In this document: piece by piece, positions 1-10,998 of the stretch
Layout of the letters: each line of letters begins with the position of its first letter
Numbering within the stretch: position 1 is the first letter of the stretch
Origin: Arcobacteraceae bacterium
GTDB lineage: Bacteria > Campylobacterota > Campylobacteria > Campylobacterales > Arcobacteraceae
Direction: 5' to 3'
NCBI GenBank assembly: GCA_965224485.1
Contig: CBDCZH010000015.1
Coordinates: 288,001 to 352,000, forward strand
Length of the DNA: 64,000 nt
Program-made: the position numbers and the translations under genes
The notes under the pieces: model-generated
The model's input: only the letters and a program-made list of their open reading frames with translations
Told to the model about the DNA's origin: nothing
Database searches by the model: none

Positions 1-1035
1 GTTCCTTCACCTTATGGAGATCATATTTGGTTAGATATTTCTATTTTAGGTCGAGCTCATATTGAGAAAAACTTAAGAGATGTACAAGAAATTTGTCAAA
101 TCTTTAATGGTATTGATCCAGCTGATGAAGGCAAAAAAGGATGGGCTCCAGTACTTCCTATGCAACATTATTCTATGGGTGGAATTAGAACTAAAAAAAC
201 TGGTGAATCACAAACTCTTGATGGTTTATTTTCTTGTGGTGAATCTGCTTGTTGGGATATGCATGGGTTTAATAGACTTGGAGGAAACAGTGTTTCTGAA
301 ACAGTTGTTGCTGGTATGATTGTTGGTAATTATTTTGCTGATTTTTGTATAGAAAATGATGTAACAATTCCAACTTCTACAGTGCAGAGATTTTTAGATA
401 AACAAGATAATTATTTAAATGAAATATTAGCTTATGATGGTCATGAAAGTATTTTCAAAATTAAAAATACTATGCAGAATCTTATGGATAATAAAGTAGG
501 TATTTTTAGAGATGGTAAGGGTTTAAGTGAAGCGGTAATCGAACTTGAAGAATTATTGAAAAAAACTAAACAAATCAATGTTAAATCAAAAGAGAGATGT
601 GGTAACCCAGAATTAGAAGAAGCTTATCGAGTTCCTAGAATGTTAAAATTAGCACTTTGTGTTGCTAAGGGAGCCCAAAATAGAACTGAATCAAGAGGGG
701 CTCACTATAGAGAAGATTTCTTAAAAAGAGATGATGCAAATTGGTTAAATAGAACTCTTACTTCTTGGCCTAAAGAAAATGATACAATGCCTACTATTAC
801 TTACGAAGCACTAGATATTATGAAAATGGAAATGCCACCTGCTTTTAGAGGTTATGGGGCTAAGGGTATGATTATTGAAAATGATATCTCAGCAGTACGA
901 CAAGAAGAAGTTGATGAAATCAAAGAAAAACTCGAAAATGAAGGTAAAGATAGACATGCCGTTCAAGATGCTTTAATGCCTTTTGATTTACCTATGAATT
1001 ATAGAGAATTAAACGAAAGAATAGGAGACTTATAA
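1..1035 (+). CDS. frdA: Fumarate reductase flavoprotein subunit, 3' part (runs off the left edge)
   Basis: Open frame from base 1 ([18 protein letters not shown]...). Motifs [25 protein letters not shown]. Stop overlaps the frdB start (TAATG). Confidence 0.95.
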   Translation, partial: VPSPYGDHIWLDISILGRAHIEKNLRDVQEICQIFNGIDPADEGKKGWAPVLPMQHYSMGGIRTKKTGESQTLDGLFSCGESACWDMHGFNRLGGNSVSETVVAGMIVGNYFADFCIENDVTIPTSTVQRFLDKQDNYLNEILAYDGHESIFKIKNTMQNLMDNKVGIFRDGKGLSEAVIELEELLKKTKQINVKSKERCGNPELEEAYRVPRMLKLALCVAKGAQNRTESRGAHYREDFLKRDDANWLNRTLTSWPKENDTMPTITYEALDIMKMEMPPAFRGYGAKGMIIENDISAVRQEEVDEIKEKLENEGKDRHAVQDALMPFDLPMNYRELNERIGDL

Positions 1036-1766
1036 TGAGCAGCGAAAAAGGTAGAGAAGTAGTTATATCAGTACTTAAGTTTAATCCTAGATCTAAGGTT
1101 TCAAAACCTCATTTTGTTGATTATAAATTAGAAGAAACTCCTGGAATGACACTATTCATTGCTTTAATGAAAATTAGAGAAGAGTATGATCCTGATTTAT
1201 CATTTGACTTTGTTTGTCGAGCTGGAATTTGTGGTTCTTGTGGAATGGTAGTAAATGGAAAACCAGCTCTTGCATGTAGAACATTAATTGCAAATTATCC
1301 AGAAGGAAAAATTCAGTTAATGCCAATGCCAGCATTTGAGCTTATCAAAGATTTATCTATTAATACAGGTAAATGGATGGATGATATGAGTAAAAAAGTT
1401 GAGTCTTGGATAGTAACTAGTAAAGAAAAAGATATTAGTAAACTTGAAGATAGAGTTGAACCAGAAGTAGCAGATGAAACATTTGAGCTTGATCGTTGTA
1501 TTGAGTGTGGTATTTGTGTAGCTTCTTGTGGAACAAAACTAATGAGACCTGATTTTATTGGACCTGTTGGACTTAATAGAGTTGCAAGATTTGAAGTTGA
1601 TCCTCATGATGAGAGAACGGCTGAGGATTTTTATGAATTAATTGGAGATGATGATGGTATTTTTGGTTGTATGTCACTATTAGCTTGTGAAGATCATTGT
1701 CCTAAACATTTACCTCTACAAAATAAGATTGCATACTTAAGAAGAAAACTAGTAGCACTTAGATAA
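1035..1766 (+). CDS. frdB: Fumarate reductase iron-sulfur subunit
   Basis: [20 protein letters not shown] and [12 protein letters not shown]e-S motifs; directly follows frdA. Confidence 0.95.
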   Translation: MSSEKGREVVISVLKFNPRSKVSKPHFVDYKLEETPGMTLFIALMKIREEYDPDLSFDFVCRAGICGSCGMVVNGKPALACRTLIANYPEGKIQLMPMPAFELIKDLSINTGKWMDDMSKKVESWIVTSKEKDISKLEDRVEPEVADETFELDRCIECGICVASCGTKLMRPDFIGPVGLNRVARFEVDPHDERTAEDFYELIGDDDGIFGCMSLLACEDHCPKHLPLQNKIAYLRRKLVALR

Positions 1767-1793
1767 ATATATGAGAGCAAAGCTCTCATATAT
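1767..1793 (+). terminator. Hairpin terminator after frdB
   Basis: Perfect inverted repeat ATATATGAGAGC-AAA-GCTCTCATATAT right after the stop codon. Confidence 0.7.
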
Positions 1794-1880
1794 GCTTATT
1801 ATAAAAAGTTAATTATCCTATTATTTTAAATATGGATAATTAACTTTTTGTATTATTAGTATATTAATTTTGGAGAATTT

Positions 1881-4220
1881 ATGAGTTTAACAAGTGATTA
1901 TTTTTTATTATATCATGGAAAAGTGCTTACTCAAGTTACTAGTTATGAAACAATTGATTTTAAAGAACAAGATGATTTTTTTAAAATTGCTGCTTTAGTT
2001 TTATGTGCAAATAGAAAAGATTATCAAAACTTTATAAGTTTAAATTCTTTTAAATCTCTAATAGCCCAAATAACAAGAAAAGAAGTTAAAAACGTTCAAG
2101 ATTTAAATCAGTTACAGTTTTGTTTATTGCAAAGTATTCAAGATAATACTAAAAAATCTGATATAACTATTTTGCATAATAGTTTTGAATATTTAAAAAA
2201 TGAACAAATATTACAAGAAGGTAATTATAATAAATTAATCTCACTTTTTGATCCAAATGAACTAGAATTTTGTGATGAGATTGATGTAAAAGATGAACCA
2301 AGTTTAGAGCTTAAAAAACCTTTTAAGGAAGCAAAGTTTGCCTTAGAAGAATTAATTCTTGACTTAAGCGAACTCTTTTTAAGTAATGATTATATAAATG
2401 AATTAGAAGATACAAATAAATATTTAAATACACAAAAGTTCTCAATTGGAATAACTGGTGTTATGAATGCTGGTAAATCTACTATGTTAAATGCTTTAAT
2501 GGGGCAAGAAATTTTAGGTTCAGCTGTTGTTCCTGAAACTGCCAATTTAACTATAGTTAAATATGATGAACATCCAAGTGCACAAGTATTTTATTGGAAT
2601 AAAAAAGAGTGGGAAAATATAGAAAAAAGTGCAAAAGAGATTCCTTCTATACAAGAGTTTGTAAAAGAGACAAAAAATATATTCAAAGATGACTTAGACA
2701 CCTATATAAAAGAAGACTCTTTTTTTGAAGATGTTGATATTAATAATCTAAGCGCTTATACATCAGCAGAAGCTAGTTTAAAAAAATGTAATCTTGTTAA
2801 ATATGTACAATTAAAATCAGACTTAAAATTCTTAGAAAATGGAATTGAAATTGTGGATACACCTGGTCTTGATGATCCAGTAATTCAGCGAGAAGAGATA
2901 ACAAAAGAATATATAGCCAAGTGTGATTTAATGCTTCATTTAATGAATGTATCTCAAAGTGCGACCTTGAAAGATGTTGAGTTTATAATAGATGCCCTAC
3001 TTTATCAAAATATAACAAAAATTTTAATAGTTATCACTAGAGCAGATACTGTTAGTAAAAAAGAGCTAGATGAAGTAATAGCATATACTAAATCATCAAT
3101 AAAAACCCAGTTAAAAGCGTTAAATAAAGATTCTTCTTTAGATTATATTTTAAAAAGTATTGAGTTTATAGCAATATCTGGAAAAATGGCCTTATATCAC
3201 AGAACAGGAAGATCACAAGAAGCAATTGATTTGGGTTATGCCCTAGAAGATACAGGTATTTTAGATATTGAAGATTATTTACATGAAACCTTATTTGGTT
3301 CAAACTCTTCTAAGAGTGATTTAATTATAAAAAGTGCAAAAACTAAACTATTAAAAACTATTGAAAAAGAAAAAAACTCATTTAACTATGAACTTATTTT
3401 ATTAGCAAAAAGTAAAGATGAACTAGAAAAAGAGTTAGAAGAGTTTAATAAAAAGAAAAAAGTAAATCAAAAGATTTTTCTTGCAATGAAAGATGATATT
3501 AATATATATGCAGAAGATATGAAAAACTATATTAACTCACTTGATGCTTTTTTAATTAATGAATTAGAAGATTTACAAACTATTATAAAACAAAGAGTTT
3601 TTTCTGATGTAAAATATTCTTTTGAAAAAACTAAAAAAAGACCTCAAAGTTCAAGAATAAAAGTAATAGTTCAAACAGCTATAAAAGATGGAATTATTGA
3701 TGTTATTAGAGATTATAGATATAAGTTTATTAAAAAATCTCAAAGTATTGGGGAACTTAGTGAACAAAAATACAAAGATTTCGGATTTTTAATAGATAGA
3801 AAAAATGAAAACTTTGATGCTATGGGTTTTTTCAAAGATGATTTTAAAAGTGGTTTTTTAAGCTCTTCAAATGAAGTACTAATAACAAAAATCATAAAAG
3901 AAGTAGAAAAATCAAAAAGTAACAAATTAAATGAACTTGATAGAAACTTACAAGAATACTTAAAAGAAGAGTTTTTAAGTATTGAAGAGACTATAAAAGT
4001 AAAAGCACAAAAAATTTCACAAATATTAATAAAAGACTTTTTTGTTCAAATTACACTTCCTTTAGATAACTTTGAGGAAAAAGTAAAAAAAGACCAAATA
4101 AGTTTAGAGAAAAGATTAAGTGATGTTGAAAATTCTGATATTAAAAAAGATGAATTAACAATGATTGTTCATAAAAAATTAAAAAAACTAGAAATAATTA
4201 CAAAAGGACTTAAGATATGA
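1881..4220 (+). CDS. Bacterial dynamin-like GTPase (DLP1 type)
   Basis: G1 GVMNAGKS, G3 DTPG, G4-like TRAD, long helical C-terminus; paired with the next gene. Confidence 0.85.
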   Translation: MSLTSDYFLLYHGKVLTQVTSYETIDFKEQDDFFKIAALVLCANRKDYQNFISLNSFKSLIAQITRKEVKNVQDLNQLQFCLLQSIQDNTKKSDITILHNSFEYLKNEQILQEGNYNKLISLFDPNELEFCDEIDVKDEPSLELKKPFKEAKFALEELILDLSELFLSNDYINELEDTNKYLNTQKFSIGITGVMNAGKSTMLNALMGQEILGSAVVPETANLTIVKYDEHPSAQVFYWNKKEWENIEKSAKEIPSIQEFVKETKNIFKDDLDTYIKEDSFFEDVDINNLSAYTSAEASLKKCNLVKYVQLKSDLKFLENGIEIVDTPGLDDPVIQREEITKEYIAKCDLMLHLMNVSQSATLKDVEFIIDALLYQNITKILIVITRADTVSKKELDEVIAYTKSSIKTQLKALNKDSSLDYILKSIEFIAISGKMALYHRTGRSQEAIDLGYALEDTGILDIEDYLHETLFGSNSSKSDLIIKSAKTKLLKTIEKEKNSFNYELILLAKSKDELEKELEEFNKKKKVNQKIFLAMKDDINIYAEDMKNYINSLDAFLINELEDLQTIIKQRVFSDVKYSFEKTKKRPQSSRIKVIVQTAIKDGIIDVIRDYRYKFIKKSQSIGELSEQKYKDFGFLIDRKNENFDAMGFFKDDFKSGFLSSSNEVLITKIIKEVEKSKSNKLNELDRNLQEYLKEEFLSIEETIKVKAQKISQILIKDFFVQITLPLDNFEEKVKKDQISLEKRLSDVENSDIKKDELTMIVHKKLKKLEIITKGLKI

Positions 4221-6232
4221 GTATTTTAGAAAATTTTGTAAAAGAGTATAAAGAAGTTTTTTTCGAAAAAGAAGAAGTTTTTGAAGATGGTTTAGTTGGA
4301 GATATTAAGAAAATTAGAGCCAAACTTCTTGATGAAAAATTTTTACCCTCTGTTCAACTTAAATCAATTTTAGACAAACAATTAAGAAGGGCTAGATACC
4401 CTATTGAAATAGCAATTACGGGTCAATTTAGCTCAGGAAAATCAACTTTTTTAAATGCCCTGCTTTCAAGAAATATACTACCTACTGGAATCACACCAGT
4501 TACTTCAAAAGTGAATTTTATAAATTATGGGGATGAGTATAAGCTTAAAATTACTTATCATTCAGGAGCGCAAGAATATGCAAGTATAGATGCAATTTCA
4601 CAGTTTACAGATCAAAGATCACAAGATATGAATGATATTAAGTATTTAACTCTATATGCTCCAATGCCAATTTTAAAAGAAATCTCTTTTGTAGATACTC
4701 CAGGTCTTAACTCACAGTCCCAAAGTGATACAGATACAACTAGAAAAGTATTAAGAGACGTTGGTGGTATTATTTGGTTAACCTTAATAGATAATGCTGG
4801 TAAAAACTCTGAGGCTGAAGTATTAGAAGAGTATATGCAGTTATTTAAAAGTAAATCTTTGTGTGTATTAAATCAAAAAGATAAATTTACTCAAGAACAA
4901 ATAGAAACAACAACTTCATATGTAAAAGATAAGTTTTCTAAATATTTTGCTCAAGTAACACCTATATCTGCAAAAATGGCACTAGAATCAAGATCTGCAC
5001 AAAAAGAGATTTTAATTCAAGATGAGTATGAAAAAATTGTAAATGAATTTAAAAATGATTTAAAAGATAAAGAAGTTCAAAATTTAGACTTTTTTGAAAA
5101 TAAATTTAGCTCTTATAAAAAGCAAGTTCAAAAAATACAAGAAGCTGATTCTTCAACTAATACAAAAACTCTTAAAGACTCAAATATTCAAGATGTTTTA
5201 GATTTTATAGAAAATACAATTAGACCACAAGCAGCAAGTGATAAAGAGTTTGCAATTAAAAAAGATTTAAAACAAATTTGTGATATTTTAGTAAAAGAAA
5301 ATGAGACGATTATAGGTGTGTATGACTCTTTAGTTGTAATTTTAAAAGAAAATGAGGAAAATATTTTAGCCAGTTTTGATGATATACGAACAGTATACTC
5401 AAAGCAGTTATTTGAAGTTTATAACTCACTCGAAACAATAATGGAAAAAATTGCAAATGAAACGTATAAAAATATTAAAAAACAAAAAGCACTAAGATAT
5501 GAAGGGAAAAGTTCTCTTATTGGAAAAGACAAGTTCGAACAAATTGAATATGAAACATATTGGATTGATTCAGATTGTATTTACAAAAATTTATTTTATG
5601 ATGACCAAACAATTGATAAAATGTTTAAACGTTCAATTAAAAAATTAAAACAAATAGAACTTGATAGCAATGAAGCGTATAGTGACGTATATAGAACTAT
5701 TAAAGCTTCTATTCATAGATGGCAAGAACCATATGAACTTATCAAAAAAAATAGAGAAATTTCTTCTGATTTAGAATTCTCAACTACAAGGCATTTTGCA
5801 GCAAAAGTTTATGAAAATGTTTTAAGGATTTATCAAAAAGCTATTTTAGAAAATATTTCTGCTTTAAGAAAGAAGTTTGCCTATTTTAATGGTGCTTTGT
5901 CTTATTCATATATTCAAACAACACAAGCAACTATTTCTCATTTTGAACAACAAATAATTGAATCAACACTTTTATATGAAAAAGAACCTACAAAGTTTTC
6001 AGTTCATCATCCAAGAGAAGATGAAATTTTAACAAAACTAAAAGCCAATTTTGCTTTTGAGAAAATTGAAGACTTCTTAACATCAAAAAGAAACTATTTG
6101 TATAAAATTATAAAATATTCAAAAGAGCAGTATTTAGAAATAAATAAAGATAGAATAATTTTTATAGAAGAGAAAAAAGAAGAATATAATAAAAAGATTT
6201 TATCTTTAAATGAAATAAAAGAAGACATTTAA
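4217..6232 (+). CDS. Bacterial dynamin-like GTPase (DLP2 type)
   Basis: GQFSSGKS, LPTGITPVT, DTPG, NQKD motifs; ATGA overlap with the upstream dynamin. Confidence 0.85.
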   Translation: MSILENFVKEYKEVFFEKEEVFEDGLVGDIKKIRAKLLDEKFLPSVQLKSILDKQLRRARYPIEIAITGQFSSGKSTFLNALLSRNILPTGITPVTSKVNFINYGDEYKLKITYHSGAQEYASIDAISQFTDQRSQDMNDIKYLTLYAPMPILKEISFVDTPGLNSQSQSDTDTTRKVLRDVGGIIWLTLIDNAGKNSEAEVLEEYMQLFKSKSLCVLNQKDKFTQEQIETTTSYVKDKFSKYFAQVTPISAKMALESRSAQKEILIQDEYEKIVNEFKNDLKDKEVQNLDFFENKFSSYKKQVQKIQEADSSTNTKTLKDSNIQDVLDFIENTIRPQAASDKEFAIKKDLKQICDILVKENETIIGVYDSLVVILKENEENILASFDDIRTVYSKQLFEVYNSLETIMEKIANETYKNIKKQKALRYEGKSSLIGKDKFEQIEYETYWIDSDCIYKNLFYDDQTIDKMFKRSIKKLKQIELDSNEAYSDVYRTIKASIHRWQEPYELIKKNREISSDLEFSTTRHFAAKVYENVLRIYQKAILENISALRKKFAYFNGALSYSYIQTTQATISHFEQQIIESTLLYEKEPTKFSVHHPREDEILTKLKANFAFEKIEDFLTSKRNYLYKIIKYSKEQYLEINKDRIIFIEEKKEEYNKKILSLNEIKEDI

Positions 6233-6490
6233 CTAGATAAAAGATAAAAGATAAAAGTCTTTTTTTACCTTTTTATAAAAATTTTATTTATTTAATTTCC
6301 ATGCAAAAAAAGAACTAAGTAAAAGAAAGATAGCTAAATATATATATTGTTCATTTGACATTTTTTTCCTTTTATTTAGATTTTTTTGACTTTATCATAA
6401 TATATATACTAAGTATATAAAATCAAAACATAAATATAAATATAATATAATAATAATACTTTTGTTTAAAAAATTATTTTAGGATTATAT

Positions 6491-7372
6491 GTGAAATTTA
6501 TTTTTCTTTTTTTACTTGTTTTTACTTTTTCTTATTCTGATCATAAGTTAAAAGAAATTGCGGTATATTCGAAAACAGATCAAAAAAATAAAAAACATTT
6601 TGAACTTATATTAACAGTAATTCAAGAGTTATTAAATAAAAATTCAAGAAACCTAGATATACACTTAAAATTTAAAATAAACTCTTATGATAATAAAAAA
6701 GAAGTTTTCAAAAGATATTTAAAAGAAGATTTACTTTTATTAATTCTCTCACCTTATGATTATTTGAAAAGTCAAAAACTTTTAGATGTAAATAAAGAAC
6801 ATCTTTGGGAAATTGGAACAAATGGACAGAAAAGAGAACAATACTATTTAATTGCTAATAAAAAATTAAAAAATCCCATGAAAAATATAGGAAAATATAA
6901 GATAAGTACTAGAGGAGGGAATAATGGAGCATTATATTGGTTTAAAAGTATAATTTATAAAGAATTTAAAAAGCCATTTAAAAAAGTTATTCCTAAATTT
7001 AATACTGTATCTAAAGAGAGTAAGGTCGTTTATGATGTATTTTTTAATAAAAATAATCTTGGTCTTATTTCAAAAGCTGGTTATGAATTATTAAGCGAGC
7101 TTAATCCACAAATAAAAAAGCATACATTTATAGTAAAAAAATCAAAAGAGATATTTCTCTCAATGCTTGCTCTTACCAGTTTAAGAACCAATAAAAGTGC
7201 TAGAAATGATTTTAGAAAAATAATCAATAATATAAACTCTTTTTTAAAAAATAGTCAATTAGCTGCATCTTCAAGTATTACTCATGTTAAAATTTTAAAA
7301 GATGATGATATAAAAGAATTAAAAAAGTTTTATAAAGAATTTTATAAATATGAAAAAAAATATGAAAAATAA
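6491..7372 (+). CDS. Exported PhnD/SsuA-like substrate-binding protein (orphan)
   Basis: N-terminal signal peptide; SKVVYDVFF...ELLSELNPQI segment resembles PhnD-like binding proteins of this lineage. Confidence 0.5.
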   Translation: MKFIFLFLLVFTFSYSDHKLKEIAVYSKTDQKNKKHFELILTVIQELLNKNSRNLDIHLKFKINSYDNKKEVFKRYLKEDLLLLILSPYDYLKSQKLLDVNKEHLWEIGTNGQKREQYYLIANKKLKNPMKNIGKYKISTRGGNNGALYWFKSIIYKEFKKPFKKVIPKFNTVSKESKVVYDVFFNKNNLGLISKAGYELLSELNPQIKKHTFIVKKSKEIFLSMLALTSLRTNKSARNDFRKIINNINSFLKNSQLAASSSITHVKILKDDDIKELKKFYKEFYKYEKKYEK

Positions 7373-7603
7373 TGTAAAAATAAATATCACTAAAACAAGA
7401 GTAATATCTTAATTATTAAATTAAGTCTTTAATCTACAAAGTTAAAGTTAATGTAATAATATACTAACGACTGTGTCGAATATTCGCAATTTTGTTTTTT
7501 TTACAAAGTAAACTTAATTATTCCTTTTTTTTAACACAAATTTAACTCAGATTGTGAGAAACTAATGCAAATTAATTAAAACTAATAAAACTTTGGAGAG
7601 AAC

Positions 7604-9250
7604 ATGAAAGCATCAGATTTATTTATAAAAGCCTTAGAAAATGAAGGCGTAGAGTATATTTTTGGAATTCCTGGTGAGGAAAACTTAGACTTCTTAGAAT
7701 CAATGAGAAAATCTAATATTAAACTGATTTTAACAAGACATGAACAAGGTGCTGGTTTTATGGCAGCAACATATGGAAGACTTACTGGAAAAGTTGGTGT
7801 TTGTTTGGCAACACTTGGCCCAGGGGCAACTAATTTTGCAACAGCGGCTGCTTATGCACAATTAGGTGGAATGCCTATGATGATGATAACTGGTCAAAAG
7901 CCAATTAAAAAGTCTAAACAAGGAAGATTCCAAATTATTGATATTGTTGGAATGATGAAACCTATGACTAAATATGCAAAAACTGTTGTAAATGGAAATA
8001 ATATTCCATCAATGGTTAGAGAAGCATTTAAAGTGGCAACAACGGAGAGACCTGGTGCTGTTCATATTGAATTACCAGAAGATATTGCAGAAGAAGAAGT
8101 AGATTTTAACCTATATCCTGTAAAAGAATTTAGATACCCACAAGCTGATAAAACTGCTGTGAATGATGCTGTTAGAATGATTGAAAAAGCAAAAAGACCT
8201 CTTTTATTAGTAGGTGCGGGAGCAAACAGAAACAGAATTGGTGATGCACTTACAAACTTTGTAAATGAAACAGGAATTCCTTTCTTCTCAACACAAATGG
8301 GAAAAGGTGTTATTGATGAGAATCATAAACTTTGTCTTTCAACAGCTGCATTATCTAAAGATGATTTTATTCATTGTGCAATTGAAAGAGCCGATTTAAT
8401 TATTAATGTTGGTCATGATGTTATTGAAAAACCACCATTTTTCATGGAAAATCACGAAGGTGCTACAGAAGTATTACATGTAAACTTTTTTCCTTCAGAA
8501 GTAGATGATACGTACTTCCCTCAATTAGATGTTATTGGTGATATTGCTGGAAATATTGTACAGTTTACAAATGCAATTTCAAAACAAGAACATTGGGATT
8601 TTGATTATTATGAAAGATTAGCTGATGATATTAGAACTAAACTAAGTAAATATTTTGGTGATACAAGATTCCCAATTTTACCACAAAGAGCAGTTAGAAC
8701 TATAAGAGCAACTTTAGATGATAAAGATATTGTAACTCTTGATAATGGTATTTATAAAATTTGGTTTGCTAGAAATTATAGATGTGCACTTCCAAATACT
8801 TTATTATTAGATAATGCACTTGCTACTATGGGAGCTGGTATGCCTTCTGGTATGGCTGCTAAAATGGTTAAACCTGATTCAAGAGTTGTTTCTGTTTGTG
8901 GAGATGGTGGATTTATGATGAACTCACAAGAGATGGAAACAGCTGTTAGATTAAAACTTGATATAACAGTAATTATTTTAAATGATAACTCTTATGGAAT
9001 GATTAAATGGAAACAAGCTGGTATGGGATTTGAAAACTATGGATTAGATTTAGAGAATCCTGATTTTGTTAAATATGCTGAAGCTTATGGAGCAAATGGG
9101 TATAGACCTACTTCTTGTGAAGATTTTGAACAAATCTTAGAAAAATGTGTAAATTCTAAAGGTGTTCATTTAATTGATTTAGCTGTTGATTATTCTTTAA
9201 ATCATTCAATTTTAAATGATTTATTAGCTAAAAAACAATGTATGATATAA
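7604..9250 (+). CDS. ThDP-dependent enzyme of the acetolactate synthase large-subunit family (possibly a 2-oxoacid decarboxylase)
   Basis: FGIPGEEN, RHEQGA, GPGATN and GDGGFMMN...ND ThDP motif; no ilvH small subunit nearby. Confidence 0.85.
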   Translation: MKASDLFIKALENEGVEYIFGIPGEENLDFLESMRKSNIKLILTRHEQGAGFMAATYGRLTGKVGVCLATLGPGATNFATAAAYAQLGGMPMMMITGQKPIKKSKQGRFQIIDIVGMMKPMTKYAKTVVNGNNIPSMVREAFKVATTERPGAVHIELPEDIAEEEVDFNLYPVKEFRYPQADKTAVNDAVRMIEKAKRPLLLVGAGANRNRIGDALTNFVNETGIPFFSTQMGKGVIDENHKLCLSTAALSKDDFIHCAIERADLIINVGHDVIEKPPFFMENHEGATEVLHVNFFPSEVDDTYFPQLDVIGDIAGNIVQFTNAISKQEHWDFDYYERLADDIRTKLSKYFGDTRFPILPQRAVRTIRATLDDKDIVTLDNGIYKIWFARNYRCALPNTLLLDNALATMGAGMPSGMAAKMVKPDSRVVSVCGDGGFMMNSQEMETAVRLKLDITVIILNDNSYGMIKWKQAGMGFENYGLDLENPDFVKYAEAYGANGYRPTSCEDFEQILEKCVNSKGVHLIDLAVDYSLNHSILNDLLAKKQCMI

Positions 9251-9277
9251 TAAAAAAGATATAAAATAAGGAATACA

Positions 9278-10669
9278 ATGAATACAATAGAAGTAACATC
9301 ACCTTTTGATAATAAAGTAGTAGGAACTGTAGCATTTTCATCAGTAAAAGAAGTACAAACAGCAATTGACTTAGCAAAAAGTACTTTTGATGACCATAAA
9401 AATGCACTTCCTAAATATAAAAGAATTGAAATTTTAGAAAAAGTTGTTGAGATTATGAGCTCGCAAATTGAAGAATTAACAATACTTTGTGCTAGTGAAG
9501 GTGGTAAACCTTATATGGATTCACAAGTTGAAATACATAGAGCTATAAATGGTGTTAAACTTGCTATTGAATCGTTAAGTTCATTTGAAGGAAAAGAAAT
9601 AGCTATGGGGCATACAGCTTCTAGTGCAAATAGAATGGCTTATACATTTAAAGAACCTATTGGTGTAGTTGCTGCTGTTTCTGCTTTTAATCATCCATTT
9701 AACCTAGCAATTCATCAAGTAATTCCAGCCCTAGCTGTTGGTTGTTCTGTAATTATTAAACCAGCTACTCAAACTCCAATGTCAGCTTTAAAATTAATAG
9801 AAATATTAAAAGAAGCTGGTCTTCCTTCTGGTTGGGCTCAAGCTGTTGTTTGTGGAAGAGAAGCTGGTGAATTATTAGCAACATCTCCTAAAATTAATTT
9901 CTTAACTTTTATTGGTTCTGGAAAAGTTGGTTGGTATTTAAATTCTAAAGTTGCTCCTGGAACTAGAGTTGCCTTAGAACATGGTGGAGTTGCTCCTGTT
10001 ATTGTTGAAGCAGATGCCGATATTGATGATTTAATTCCTTCAATTGGTAAAGGTGGTTTTTACCATGCTGGGCAAGTTTGTGTATCAGTTCAAAGAGTAT
10101 TTGTACATGAATCAATTGTAGACGTTGTAGCTTCGAAATTATCTACTTATGCAGCTGCTTTAGTTGTAGGAGATCAAATGGATCCTAAAACTGAAGTTGG
10201 ACCATTAATTAATAATAATGAAGTTAATAGAGTTGAGGAGTGGGTTAATGAAGCTGTTTCTAAAGGTGGAAAAATATTAACTGGTGGAAAAAGAATTTCT
10301 GATTCCCTTTTTGAACCAACTGTTATTTTAAACCCAGCTTCAGATGCACTAGTATCTACTAAAGAAGTATTTGGACCTGTTGTTTGTATTTATTCATATA
10401 GTGATATTGAAGATGCTTTTGATGCAGCAAATAGCCTAGAAGTATCTTTCCAAGCTTCAATTTTCACTAAAAATATTGATACTGCTTTAAAAGCAGTTAA
10501 AAGATTAAGTGGAACTGCTGTAATGGTAAATGACCATACTGCATTTAGAGTAGATTGGATGCCATTTGGAGGAGCTAAAGCTTCTGGTTTAGGAATGGGT
10601 GGAATTCATCATTCTATGGTAGAAATGTCTAAAGAAAAACTAATGGTTATTAAATCATCTGTTTTATAA
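9278..10669 (+). CDS. NAD(P)-dependent aldehyde dehydrogenase
   Basis: FNHP, KPA, FIGS, LEHGG, GQVC (catalytic Cys), EVFGP, PFGG motifs. Confidence 0.9.
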   Translation: MNTIEVTSPFDNKVVGTVAFSSVKEVQTAIDLAKSTFDDHKNALPKYKRIEILEKVVEIMSSQIEELTILCASEGGKPYMDSQVEIHRAINGVKLAIESLSSFEGKEIAMGHTASSANRMAYTFKEPIGVVAAVSAFNHPFNLAIHQVIPALAVGCSVIIKPATQTPMSALKLIEILKEAGLPSGWAQAVVCGREAGELLATSPKINFLTFIGSGKVGWYLNSKVAPGTRVALEHGGVAPVIVEADADIDDLIPSIGKGGFYHAGQVCVSVQRVFVHESIVDVVASKLSTYAAALVVGDQMDPKTEVGPLINNNEVNRVEEWVNEAVSKGGKILTGGKRISDSLFEPTVILNPASDALVSTKEVFGPVVCIYSYSDIEDAFDAANSLEVSFQASIFTKNIDTALKAVKRLSGTAVMVNDHTAFRVDWMPFGGAKASGLGMGGIHHSMVEMSKEKLMVIKSSVL

Positions 10670-10689
10670 AAAATATTTAAACTAAACAT

Positions 10690-10724
10690 AAAAAGGGAAA
10701 AGAAGAAATTCTTTTCCCTTTTTT
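10690..10724 (+). terminator. Rho-independent terminator
   Basis: AAAAAGGGAAAAGAA-GAAA-TTCTTTTCCCTTTTTT hairpin with T-run. Confidence 0.75.
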
Positions 10725-10743
10725 AATGAAAAGAAAGATAAAA

Positions 10744-10920
10744 ATGATACTAAATGAAAAATATAAACATTATAAAAATCAAGAAATATATATACCTATT
10801 AACTTTTGTAAAATTCAAGAAAATGATCTTTGGATTGAAGCAGTGATTTATAAAACAACTACAAATGAGTTATTTGTTAGAAGTAAAAAAGAATTTATGG
10901 CTAAATTTACAAAAGCATAA
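10744..10920 (+). CDS. Small DUF1653-like protein
   Basis: YKHYK...VIY...LFVR...F..KF pattern; second ATG chosen as the likely start. Confidence 0.65.
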   Translation: MILNEKYKHYKNQEIYIPINFCKIQENDLWIEAVIYKTTTNELFVRSKKEFMAKFTKA

Positions 10921-10998
10921 GGGCAAAATTAAGAAATATCATATAATTAATCTGCTAAAAGTATATAAGAAAATAGTTAAGAACTAAAGGTTAGGCTT

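Noticed and set aside
7478..7487. CGAATATTCG palindrome upstream of the ThDP enzyme gene as an operator
   Set aside because: A single 10-bp palindrome with no second copy or adjacent regulator is not enough support.
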